Positions 29,158 through 40,941 of a DNA stretch of 64,000 nt are shown piece after piece. The translations under genes and the position numbers were made by a program. Each line of letters begins with the position of its first letter. Positions within the stretch are counted from its first letter, which is position 1. The notes under the pieces were generated by a model, which was not told the DNA's origin, made no database searches, and saw nothing but the letters and a program-made list of their open reading frames with translations. The stretch comes from Octopus vulgaris (lineage: Eukaryota): assembly GCA_951406725.2 (NCBI GenBank), contig OX597827.1, positions 28,644,001 through 28,708,000 of the forward strand. The letters are read 5' to 3'.

Positions 29158-30275
29158 AAGTGGAACAGTACTATCAGTTATATGTCTTATTCTCAAATAG
29201 ACTTTATTGTTAAAAATACCAGGGTTTGCTCAGAACACCGATCAATGAGTGGCTAGATGGATTGATGAGAGAATGGGTGTTTATAAACATATGAGTGTGT
29301 GTATGTTAGTAATGATGGATCTTCGTTCGTTGGCGACGAGCATTCAGTCGTTCGAACAACGGAATTACCTGAAATGGTCGCTGTCTGTTGGATCTGTGAG
29401 TAGAAATGGTAGACAAATAACCAGTTCAAAGAACCAGATACCATTCTAGTAATGATGGAACTACAACAACGATGATAACAACAACAACAGGTTTTGTAGA
29501 ATTATTTCAGAAATCAATGCTTCCATTTCTGAACTCTGCTCCTTCAAAAGACCGGTAGGAATAGAATATTGACGGAACAGTTCTTTGTTGTATTTCACGA
29601 TGTCAGCCAGGCATATGATCAAAGATTTTCCAACCACAATGACCACGCCATCATATTTTAAAGGCGTAAGTCTATCTAAGACTACATTATCGAATATGTA
29701 ATTTTTTTTTATATATTTTTTAGCGTTAACGTGTGATTTTTGGAAGATTTTGGTGATATTACCAACAACCACGAACAAACTCCATTCGTTGGCTCACCAA
29801 ACATACAGTTTATTTTCAGGCCGGAAATTGTGATTCTGTAAAGTATTTCTCTTTATATATTTTTATATTTTTTATATTTTACAGTTACTGATTTTAGTCA
29901 TTGGACTATGGCACCGTCTTCAAAGTGATTTCTCTTTATTTATTTATTTATATATTTATATATTTAATTATTTATTTATTGTAGATTATATCGACCACGC
30001 TATTTATTTCAGACGGTGCCATATTTAATCATTGTATATTAGTCTAAACGCTGTTTTTATGGCTTTCTTTTTTTCACGCAGCATTCGCTTTTACACTAGT
30101 AAACAAAAACACAAAAAAACATGCACATAACTACAATAACATAAAAAAGAGAACACACACGCACACACACATAAAGATACATACGTACACTCAGACAGGT
30201 ATATGAACATACATATGTACACATGCATATACATATATCTATCTATCTATATATATATATGTGTATATATATATA

Positions 30276-30470
30276 CCGGAGTAAACACATAAATGTGAAA
30301 CAAGGTGGAAAAAAGAGTACTCAAATACCAGTGGTAGAGTAATATGCTTTATTTAAAGCAGCAGAAAATTCATCAAAACCTGTTAACTCTGAGTTTTGCT
30401 AGCAAAAACTGTCCGATGAACGGCAACGTGAAACTCAGAGTAACAGATTTTGTTGAATTTTCTGCTGCTT

Positions 30471-30475
<5 letters not shown>
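30276..30475. mobile_element. Family H1 element, short tail-to-tail palindrome in (TA)n
   Basis: 30349-30396 is inverted against 30431-30475; sequence shared with 435-586 and 54015-54891. Confidence 0.85.
30404..30451 (+). ncRNA. Type I hammerhead (H1; core CCGATGA)
   Basis: AAAACTGT-CCGATGA-ACG(GCAA)CGT-GAAA-CTCAGAG-TA-ACAGATTTT. Confidence 0.75.
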
Positions 30476-30508
<33 letters not shown>

Positions 30509-30536
30509 TACATAAACATATATACATATATACATC

Positions 30537-30652
<116 letters not shown>

Positions 30653-31377
30653 TAAGCACATATACACCTCATCACACACACACGCACCATAACACACGCA
30701 CATACGCAGACACAAAGACATGCGCGCGCATACACACATACAAACGCGCTCTCACACATATGTATGTATGTATATATATATACATGTACGTGTGTATGTG
30801 TGTGCAAATATACGTCGACGCACACATACAATGTACACACGTACACGGACACACACACAGAGATGCATGCATACACACATGCGAATACACGTACATACAT
30901 ACACATACATACACAAGTACACGCACACACACACACAAACGACCAGTTTCTGCATATTTTTTATCTGCAATATTCCACTGAAAAATAAGACATTCGATTC
31001 GGCCTCATGCGAGAAAACCATTTCGGACAAAGAACGTGAATGCCAAGAATTTAAAACAGATTTTTGACATCTCGAGATTTTTATCAATTCACTTCATTTT
31101 ATCTGTTACTTGGCTCAGTCATTAACCTGCGGCCATGCAGGGGCTACGTCTTAAAGAAATTTTAGGCGAAAGAACAGTACCAAATAGTAATGTTATTTTT
31201 TTGGGGGGGGGGGGGATTTTTTTTTTATATGATCTGTTACTCATTCTACAATTCGCTTTTGCCGACCTGCTAACTGACCAGCATCAGTGGAGACAAACAC
31301 AGACGCCAAAACCGGACACGTGCGCACGCGCACACACGCTCGCACACACACACACCCACACACACACATATACTATT

Positions 31378-31766
31378 TTACTCTTTACTCTTTTACTTGT
31401 TTCAGTCACCTGACTGCGGCCATGCTGGAGCACCGCCTTCAGTTGAGCAAATCGACCCCGGGACTTATTCTTTGTAAGCCCAGTACTTATTCTATCGGTC
31501 TCTTTTTGCCGAACCGCTAAGTGACGGGGACGTAAACACACCAGCATCGGTTGTCAAGCAATGCTAGGGGGACAAACACAGACACACAAACATATACACA
31601 CACACTTATATATATATACATATATACGACAGGCTTCTTTCAGTTTCCGTCTACCAAATCCACTCACAAGGCATTGGTCGGCCCGGGGCTATAGCAGAAG
31701 ACACTTGCCCAAGATGCCACGCAGTGGATTGAACCCGGAACCACGTGGTTGGTTAGCAAGCTACTT
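31378..31766 (-). mobile_element. SINE family B; its first ~25 bp are displaced to 34073-34097 by a 2.3-kb insertion
   Basis: Sequence stops at GTTAGCAAGCTACTT and resumes as AGCACACAGCCACTCCTGCGCCTA after 34072. Confidence 0.9.
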
Positions 31767-34057
31767 TATTTCATAACATTTGCCATAAAGGCAGTACATA
31801 GAGTAAGTTAGCTTTGCGGGCTGGACGAGGACATTAATGAAGTGAATGATAATGAAAGAAAGATGATGAGGATGGGAGAAGACAAAAAGCGCCCGCCGAC
31901 TTCTGCTTCTCTAAAACATTGTTCTTTTAAAAACAAACACAAAACGAGGTATTAAACCTCTTACAATTTTTTCAATTTTTGGACTTAGCAGTCCATTGCT
32001 AACAACAACATAGTTCAATAATTACATATTTAAATACAATACACAAAGCCCCTCCTCCCAGACCTGGCTTACACTTCCCTTAGGAATGCGCCAGCTCTAG
32101 GTCGGGGCCCCTCAAGTCGTATCACTATTTGACTCGTCCTCGAAATAACTTGTGCCCGCGCCCTCCACCATCCACCACGCCTCCCTCAGAACGTAATCGA
32201 GTTCCGAGTTAGCGTCGCCCGGGACCAAGCTATAATCCTCATTGAGCTCCTTCAGCCCGAGCGTCACGTCGAACGCCACGGCCTCCACAGCTACCTGCGG
32301 AGGCCATTCGGGGTCCTGTGTGAAGGCTAAAGGTGCTCCCTTGTGGTGCTTTTCCATCACCTTTTCAATCTCTCCGCCTCTATAGAAGAGGATCAATACA
32401 TTCAATTCTTTCGTTGGCGGCACAGTTCCCGCCAACGGTATTTCTTCTCCTGTCGGTGGCACAACACCAACCGACGTAGTTCCGGGACATTCCGGTGCTA
32501 TGTCACCGACAGCCGGTAATGTCCCGTTTCTCTTCCTCTTTTTCTTTTTTTCTTTTCAACTGAGGGAGGGTGCGTCTCCTCCGTGGCCGGAAGATTCGCC
32601 TTTCCCTCCTCGTCCCTAGTATCCTTTGGTGAGCACCCATTGTTGCTCACCTTCCTCTTTCGGCCTCTGTTTGAGGAGTCCTCTGCTTCCTCGGCCGTTA
32701 TCATTCCCTCTTCTACAGGGGTTTCACTTAACTGTTCCGGGTCCTATTTTGTTCCCGGGGACAGTTCTTCTTTATATGGCCGGACTCCAAGCACCGATGA
32801 CACTTAGGGGAGCGACCCTCAAGCATCACCAGTTACCTGCACCCGGCCATTTTCAAAAAATCTGGAAGAACCAGAAAGGCTGATTGGGTCCAAAGGGTCA
32901 AAATTGCTTTTGACCCAACCCAAGCAGCCGCAGGAAGAAATTTTACATTAAGGAGCTTAGTTTCGCTGCTACCCAGACCCCGGCGGATAGTCTCCTCTAT
33001 CCACTCGGGTTCTATCCCGGGTGGCAGCCCGCAAATCCAAGCTTTCGTCAGTCTCTTTTTTGGTACGTGGGCAGGAATAAAATTTCCTTACCCTCCAGGG
33101 GTTTGCTAGCAAATTTGCAAGCCTCTTCAGGGGTGTCAAATAGCAACCACACCGTTGCATATTTGACACCCCTGGAAATGAATTTAATTGTTGGCAAATA
33201 CTCTGCCAACTCCTTTTCAATTGCTGTCTTTTCGAATATAGCGATGGTGTCGAGTGCCTTGGAGTAGATTCTCAACACCACCGTCCTATCTTCACGGTCT
33301 TTTAACCACTTTTTAGGCGGTATGATCTCCCATTCCAAAATTTTGTCATTTTTCATTGCCATGTCTTTTTTTGTTTTGTTTTTTTAAATATATTCAAATT
33401 AAACTTAAAAAGCGAGAAGAAAAAAGTTCAAAAGTCCAAATAAAATTTGATAGATTTTTGAAAAAACAAAAAGGAGAAAGCACAACAGAAGGGAAGAAAT
33501 TAACGGAAAGTCGCAATAAACAAAAAAAAAACAAAAGGGGCAGTTAAATGAAGTTCAAAAGAAAGTTAATAAACAGAAAAAACACAGCAAAAATTTTCTG
33601 GCCTTACGGTACTCCCGGCCTGAATTGAACCTGGAACGCCGCAACCTCCACAAAAATGGGTCCGAAAGGTAATCCAAAAGTGGCTTATTTTTATAATTTT
33701 CTTGCGAAGTACTCTGACAAGGGAATAAATTCAACAGACCCAAACACAGCACTGGCTACCGCCAACGGTAGTTTTAACAGTAACTATATTGGGTTCCGAG
33801 GATACGCCCCTCCACTGTTTTTTTTTCAATAAACACAAAAACGGCAGCCGCCGAGAGCAGGCGAAATTGTCTCAGAGTTGGACACAACTTACTGAAATAA
33901 TAATTGGCACGCAATAAATTATGCCCAACTCACAATAAACAAAATCACTCACCTCCACAACTTTCCGTTTTTGGTCTTTTTTCTGTAATTGGACGGAGCT
34001 GGTTGACTCACGGCCATTCTGGCTCAACAGGAAGCAACTGACTAACTGAGCACGTGT
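31767..34057 (-). mobile_element. Complete ORF1-only (HAL1-like, probably Tx1/L1-related) non-autonomous retroposon, copy A
   Basis: 15-bp TSD GTTAGCAAGCTACTT (31752-31766, 34058-34072); about 700-bp 5'UTR, single ORF1, about 345-bp 3'UTR ending AATAAA; no endonuclease or RT. Confidence 0.8.
32112..33362 (-). pseudogene. Frameshifted gag-like ORF1 with CX2CX4HX4C knuckle
   Basis: MAMKNDKILEW...IKFISRGVKYATV...ILFLPTY; EGRSPKCHRCLESGHIKKNCP at about 32757-32820; basic/low-complexity linker; stop at 32112. Confidence 0.75.
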
Positions 34058-34104
34058 GTTAGCAAGCTACTTAGCACACAGCCACTCCTGCGCCTATGTA
34101 TATA

Positions 34105-34473
34105 TTCTTTTATTCTTTTACTTGTTTCAGATTGCGGCCATGCTGGAGCACCGCCTTTAGTCGAACAAATCGACCCTAAGACTTATTCTTTTGTAAGTCT
34201 AGCACTGATTCTATCTGTCTCTTTTGCCGAACCTCTAAGTTACGGAGACGTAAATACATCAACATCGTTTGCTAAGCGATGGCTGGAAGACAGACACAAA
34301 TTCACAAACAAATACATATATATCGATGCGACGGGCTTCTTTTAGTTACCGTCTACCAAATCCACTCACTAGGCTTTGGTCAGCCAGAGGATATAGCAGA
34401 AGATACTTGCCCAAGGTGCCATGTAGTGGGAGTGAACCCGGAACCATGTGGTTGGGAAGCAAGTTTCCTATCA

Positions 34474-34476
<3 letters not shown>
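34105..34476 (-). mobile_element. SINE family B
   Basis: TTTTACTTGTTTCAG...GCTGGAGCACCGCC...ACTTGCCCAAGGTGCCA...GAACCATGTGGTTGG. Confidence 0.85.
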
Positions 34477-34522
<46 letters not shown>

Positions 34523-34791
34523 ATGGTGGTGGAAATACCAAAGAAGTAAGTCAATTTAGGAAGGAATTAGGAAAAAATTCTTTAAAGAAAATATTTTCCA
34601 GTTTCGATGAATCTCCTCTGATCAACTATCAGTAAAATTTATAAAATTCAGAGTAAAAACAGTTTATCTTCTGGCTGGGGGCCAAGAACCTATCTGGAGA
34701 GTTTTCGTTGAAGTCTTCTTTACAAATAATCTGGTAAAGGGTTCAAAGTTTTAGAGTGTGAGAGAAGGGATCTCTCTCTCTCTCTCTTTCC

Positions 34792-34879
<88 letters not shown>

Positions 34880-34880
<1 letters not shown>

Positions 34881-35270
34881 ATCAAAAGAAGCAACAAGGA
34901 TACCCAAGAGGTAATACAGTACTATCGTTTCATGCCTCTCCAAGAGGCTAAGGTAATGTTGGTAAAACATGTTCTTTGTCTATCTCCTTGGAGATTTGGG
35001 GTAAAATTATACTAGTATGTCCTTCAAATTTAACTAAATTCTATGTTTTTTGTGCAGCTGAAGGTTGCTCTACATTATAAATTGATGTAATGATTGCATT
35101 GTTCAATTAAATGGAGTCGCATGAAACGATCGTACTGCATTACTTCTGGATATCCTTGTTGCTTATTTTGATTTTAATAACCATATTTTAAATTGTATGG
35201 ATAATACCATACTAAATTCTGGTGCCTCAACTTAAGTACCATATTCATTTAAATCTAAATTTTTATGTAT
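34880..35270. mobile_element. Penelope pLTR-like palindromic element, family H4, in (TA)n
   Basis: 34880-34935 is inverted against 35119-35173. Confidence 0.7.
35052..35140 (+). ncRNA. Type I hammerhead motif (H4), extended stem II
   Basis: GTGCAG-CTGAAGG-TTGC...GCAT-GAAA-CGATCG-TA-CTGCAT; 6-bp stem I, palindromic ACGATCGT stem III; A9G in the core. Confidence 0.65.
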
Positions 35271-36336
35271 ATATATATAGTTGAAATTTATAGAAAACGA
35301 AAGACGAAGACTGGTGAAGGAACAATAAGCAGGTGTATTAGTTTAACGCCCGGGAGGTTAGGCGCCACATAAATATGGCTGTTCAATATTACTGTTGTTT
35401 GAACCACAGGCAGATCTTCCACCAGCTGGTCTTGGTACAGCTTGCACACTGCATATAATGCAAACAGGGGAGCGAATCCCTACTACCCTCCACAAGATGA
35501 CAAGTGAACGAGACCGACTCGGTTTCAAACTAGTTTTGCTCATCCTCAGCTGTCAACATTCGGTCGCCAGAGAGATGGCCAGAGTCCGATCCAACAAGCA
35601 ATATGTAGAAAACAAAGCGACCGTCGGTCACTGATTTGCAACGAGCAAAGTAGTTGGTTCTAAAGTCTCAATAACAGATGGCAGTTGTAACTATACTAAC
35701 AACTTAATCGCCACATTAAAATGGCTGTTCTGTCTTACTACTATTTTAACCCTAAGCAGATCTTCCACCAGCAAGTTATAGGTGCAGCCTACACCTTGTA
35801 TATATTGCAAGCAGAGGAGCGAACCCTTACCACCCTCGATGACAGGATCACGATTCACTTTATATATGTGCCTGAGTGCGTGTTCCAAACTTCACAGCTT
35901 CTTAGGCAGTAAAATTCATATATTACTCAACTTTCAAACATTATCTAACCATTGCTTTCTTCTCATGATATTATTATTATTTTTAATTTTTTTTTTTTTA
36001 CTTTCTGAGGTCACCGTGGTGCTTTTTCAAAGGTTTTTCTTTCCACAGATAAGCCTAGTCAATGTTATATTTACTCCCCTTTTTGGGAATTCTTATTGTT
36101 AAAAATGACACTTTTCTTATTTCCTTGTGTAGACGTTCCAAAATGTTTTCGATCCCTTTTTGATCGTTTTCGAAAAGAAAAGTTCTACATTGTATTATCA
36201 TCTCTGTGTTCAACCCTGCGTGGCTAATAAAGAAATATATCTATCTACCTACCTACCTACCTACCTACCTACCTACCTACCTACCTACCTACTTACCTAT
36301 CTACCTACCTATGTATGTATGTATGTATGTATGTAA

Positions 36337-36406
<70 letters not shown>

Positions 36407-36767
36407 GTCTGTCTGTCTGTCTGTCTATCTACCTATCTATTTATCTATATATCTTTCTATCTGTCTTTCTACCACACACACACACACACATTTCTGTATA
36501 TGTGTGCATATGTATGTAAGTATGCTAACTCTTTTGCGCGCGCGCGTGTGTGTGCAACATTTCAAAGCTTTTTCTCATACAGAAAAATACTTTTTCCACT
36601 TTTTCACACATTTGTCTTTCAGTATACAATCATCATGACCATCATCATCGTCATCTTCATCATGACCATCACAACACAGTGATAGATGTGTTCTCTCCTC
36701 TGGTTGAGTCGTTGATATAATAACACTACCAAAAGCACCAGTTGCAGCAATAATAATAATAATGATG

Positions 36768-36818
<51 letters not shown>

Positions 36819-36895
36819 GTAATAATAATAATAATAATAATAATGTGGATGATGATGACAATAACAGCAACAACAACAACAACAACAAACACCAA

Positions 36896-36967
<72 letters not shown>

Positions 36968-37261
36968 TAATAATGATAATAATAATAATGGAAATGTGAA
37001 GAATTACGTTGAAAATGTCTGCGAGAACCGAAACGCATTTCAAGTGCATTTCAAACCATTCATATGGAAAATATATTTTCACTTTAGTGATATACTTCTA
37101 AGGAGGCCTTCTGTTTGAAATGCCTTGATGTTTTGGGAGCGATTGGATGCTGTGAAATAATTGGCACCAACCACAACAACCGCACCAACAGCAGCCGGAG
37201 CTGTAACGGCTGCGGCGGCGGTGTTGGTTTCGTAAGCAATACAAGCAGCAGCAACAGTAGC

Positions 37262-37317
<56 letters not shown>

Positions 37318-37404
37318 CAGCAGTAGCAGCAGTGGTAGTAGTAGCATTAGTATTAGTAGTAGTAGTAGTAGCAGTAGTAGCAGCAGCAACAGCAGTAGTA
37401 GCAT

Positions 37405-37466
<62 letters not shown>

Positions 37467-37954
37467 ATAGTAGTAGTAGTTGTTGTAGTAGTAGTAGTAG
37501 CAGCAGCAGTAGCGGGGGAGGTGAGGGCGGTGGTGTCATTAGGGGCAGAAGCAGAAGCAACCATAGCAACCTCTGTAGAAATAGCAGCAAACGCAGCAGC
37601 AGCATCAGTAGTAGAAATGACGTCATCAGCAACAGGAGTGGAAAAAACTGCAGCACCATCACTATTAACCGTAGCAGCAACAACAGCAGCAGCGGAGGTA
37701 ATGTGAGAGGCGGCGCCATCAGCAGCAGCAGAAAGAGCCACACCCGCAGCAATAGCTGCTGTGCCCATAGTGACAAGAGGAGTAGCGGTCATAGGGGCGA
37801 CGTCTCAGCAACATCTAATGTAACAGTTGCAACAACAGCAACAGCAGCAATGGTTGTAACACAGATGGCGTCCTTAGCAACGGATGCGTCAACAACGACA
37901 GCAGCAGCAGCGGTGATGGTAGCACAGGTAAGATCCTTAGCTACAGAAGCGGAA

Positions 37955-38510
37955 ACAACAGAAGCAGCAACGACAACAGTAGCAGCGGCGGAAGTCACAT
38001 GGGTGGCGTCCTTAGCAACTGGAGTAGCAACGACAACGGTAGCAGCGGCGGAAGTGTCACATGGGTGGCGTCCTTAGCAACTGGAGTAGCAACGACAACG
38101 GTAGCAGCAAGGGAAGTCACATGGGTGGTGTCCTTAGCAACTGAAGTAGCAACGACAACAGCAGCAGTGGCGGAAGTAACATGGGTGGCGTCCTTAGCAA
38201 CTGGAGTAGCAACGACAACGGTCGCAGCGGCGGAAGTCACATGATTGGCGTCCTTAGCAACTGAAGTAACAACGACAACGGTAGCAGCGGCGGAAGTCAC
38301 ATGGGTGGCGTCCTTAGCAACTGGAGTAGCAACGACAACGGTAGCAGCGGTGGAAGTCACATGGGTGGCGTCCTTAGCAACTGGAGTAGCAACGACAACG
38401 GTAGCAGCAAGGCAAGTCACATGGGTGGTGTCCTTAGCAACTGAAGTAGCAACGACAACAGCAGCAGTGGCGGAAGTCACATGGGTGGCGTCCTTAGCAA
38501 CTGAAGCAGC
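37955..38510. repeat. 60-bp minisatellite, about 9 copies, inside a 2-kb CAG/TAG/CAA triplet region
   Basis: Unit GTAGCAGCGGCGGAAGTCACATGGGTGGCGTCCTTAGCAACTGGAGTAGCAACGACAACG; 2-bp insertion at about 38056. Confidence 0.97.
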
Positions 38511-38702
38511 TTCAGTCACAACAGCAAGTGTGAGGTCCGCAGCAACAGAAGCAACACCTATTGCAGCGAGCGCCGCAGTACAAATGGCAATAGCGGTGGC
38601 ACAGCGGCAATACCAGGCGTTGCAGCAGCGGTAATAACAGGGGAAGTCTCTCTCAGCAGCAATGGAAGCTGCAACAACTGCAGCAATGGCGGTAAGAGTA
38701 GT

Positions 38703-38735
<33 letters not shown>

Positions 38736-39095
38736 AGCAGCGTTAGTATAGGTACTGTCAACAACAGAAGCAGCAGCGGCAGCAAAAGTTTGGCAAATAC
38801 AGCAGCAGCAGTGATTGAATCGACGTCACTCACAACAGAAGCCGCAGCAACAGCAGCGGTAAGAATCAGAACAACAACAGCAATAACAGTACTAACAGCA
38901 GCAGCAAGAGAAACAGCAGCAGTGTGAATAAAGAGACAGCGACATGGGGAACAAAAGCTACAGCAACAGCAGCACTGAGAGCAGAAGGTGAGGCCGTAGA
39001 AACATTAAGAGAGGCAGCAACGGATGCAGTAACAACAGGCAGCAACAGCACCAACAACACCAGCACCAGCAACAGGAGAAGCAACAACCGCAGCA

Positions 39096-39289
39096 GTGTA
39101 GGCGCAATGGCCCAGTGTTTAGGGCAGCAGACACGCGGTCGTAAGAACGCGGTTCCGATTCCCAGACCGGGCATTGTGAGTGTTTATTGAGCAATAACAC
39201 CTAAGCTCCACAAGGCTCCGGCGGGGGGTAGGGTGAACCCCGCTGTATTCTTTCACCACAACTTTCTCTCACTCTTTCTTCCTACTTCT
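39096..39289 (+). mobile_element. SINE family C, 5' portion
   Basis: GTAGGCGCAATGGCCCAGTGTTTAGGGCAGCAGAC...CACCACAACTTTCTCTCACTC. Confidence 0.85.
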
Positions 39290-39570
39290 GTCACAAAGCA
39301 GAGGAACCATGGCGTAACCCACTATGGTGTGGTAAATTTTCAGACCCTAGTCTAGATTGCGAATCCTCTGTACCCCAGGATGGTTCAGCTCTCCACCCGT
39401 TAAAAGCCACCGTTTACGGAATGAGGATAACAACGTAGCTTTCGCGCCCGTGCAAACCGCCTGTCTATCGCGTGTGGTGGGTGGATCAAGTTGCCACACA
39501 CATTCTTAGTAACTTAGAGTAGGCTCATATTAGAGATTATTCTTTGGGGCTAATGGCGCGAGTTCCGATT

Positions 39571-39602
<32 letters not shown>

Positions 39603-39629
39603 AAGAAGAAGAAGAAGAAGAAGAAGAAG

Positions 39630-39673
<44 letters not shown>

Positions 39674-40210
39674 GAAGACAACCACAGCAACAGCAACAGT
39701 AGTCCGAGCAGTCGTGGCATCAGCATCAGCATCGGCAGCAGTAACAGCAGCAGCAGCAGCGGCAGCATCAGCAACAACGGTAGTTGCAGCAGCTTTTGCG
39801 TAAACCAACATTTTTTTGGTAAACCAAAGAACCGAAGTTAACTTAATCACGATTCCTCCAGTCTTTGAAGAGAAAGGATTCAGGCCATTCAAACACAGAT
39901 CAGAATGCAACAATGAAAACTTGTCTTAGTGACCTCGGAAAGATGAAAGACGGAATGGAGGGAAACAGGAGATGCACGGAGAAAACATGAAGGTAAAAAC
40001 ATGAAGAGAAGAGAAATACTCGCAGGCATTAGAGACTGGCGTTCAAACGTCTCAATTTAACCACTATCTAACCACTACCGTTGATATCCACATCAAATAC
40101 ACACACACACACACAAACACACACACAAACACACACACACACACATACATACATACATACATACATACATACATACATACATACATACATACAAGGATAT
40201 ATACATTATG

Positions 40211-40520
40211 TACAGGGTACGTAAGGTATTTGAGGACATTCCTTTTTGGGGTCATTGCAGCATTTTTTTTGCTAACTCTGTATAATCTTTTGATTCAGAA
40301 AATAATAATGTCAGACCCTCAACTTACTCCAGAAGTGAAGAGGTTTGCTGTTATTGTGGTTATAAAGGCTGAGCATAGCGATTTTAAAATATCTTGATTT
40401 TTAAAAGTTGCTGAATCTTTCGTCTGCAAAGTTTGTAAGGAGCTAGACACTGAAGATGGAAATATTTCACCAGTATCAAAGCATAAAAAAACATTCTAAA
40501 TGCTCTGAAATCATCAGAAA
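40211..40520 (+). mobile_element. Tc1/mariner (maT-like) transposon 5' fragment
   Basis: TACAGGGT terminus; MSDPQLTPEVKRFAVIVVIKAEHSDFKISxFLKVAESFVCKV HTH-like N-terminus. Confidence 0.6.
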
Positions 40521-40525
40521 TATTA

Positions 40526-40575
<50 letters not shown>

Positions 40576-40888
40576 ACATACGTACACACACACGTACACA
40601 CACGCGCACACACACACACATACACACACATACACTCACACACACACACATATATATATGGAAAAAGTCAAGGTAGAAAATGTTTAAATAATTTTATTAA
40701 AACATTTCAGTTCCGATTTTGGTTATGGAGACAGTCAACTGTAAGTATGGAAAAAATTAAATTTGGGAAAAATCAAATGAAAAGTATTTTAAAAGAATGT
40801 TTGCAAAGTGTTCAAATGCAAGGGGCATTTTCCTTGTTTCTGCCTGTCTCTGTCTCTGAAGTCGTTGTGAATTCTTGGCAGAGAAGAA

Positions 40889-40939
<51 letters not shown>

Positions 40940-40941
<2 letters not shown>

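Noticed and set aside
40660-40735. Possible inverted pLTR end with the 3' half of a hammerhead
   Set aside because: GAAA and the cleavage triplet are both degenerate and no CUGANGA core is present.
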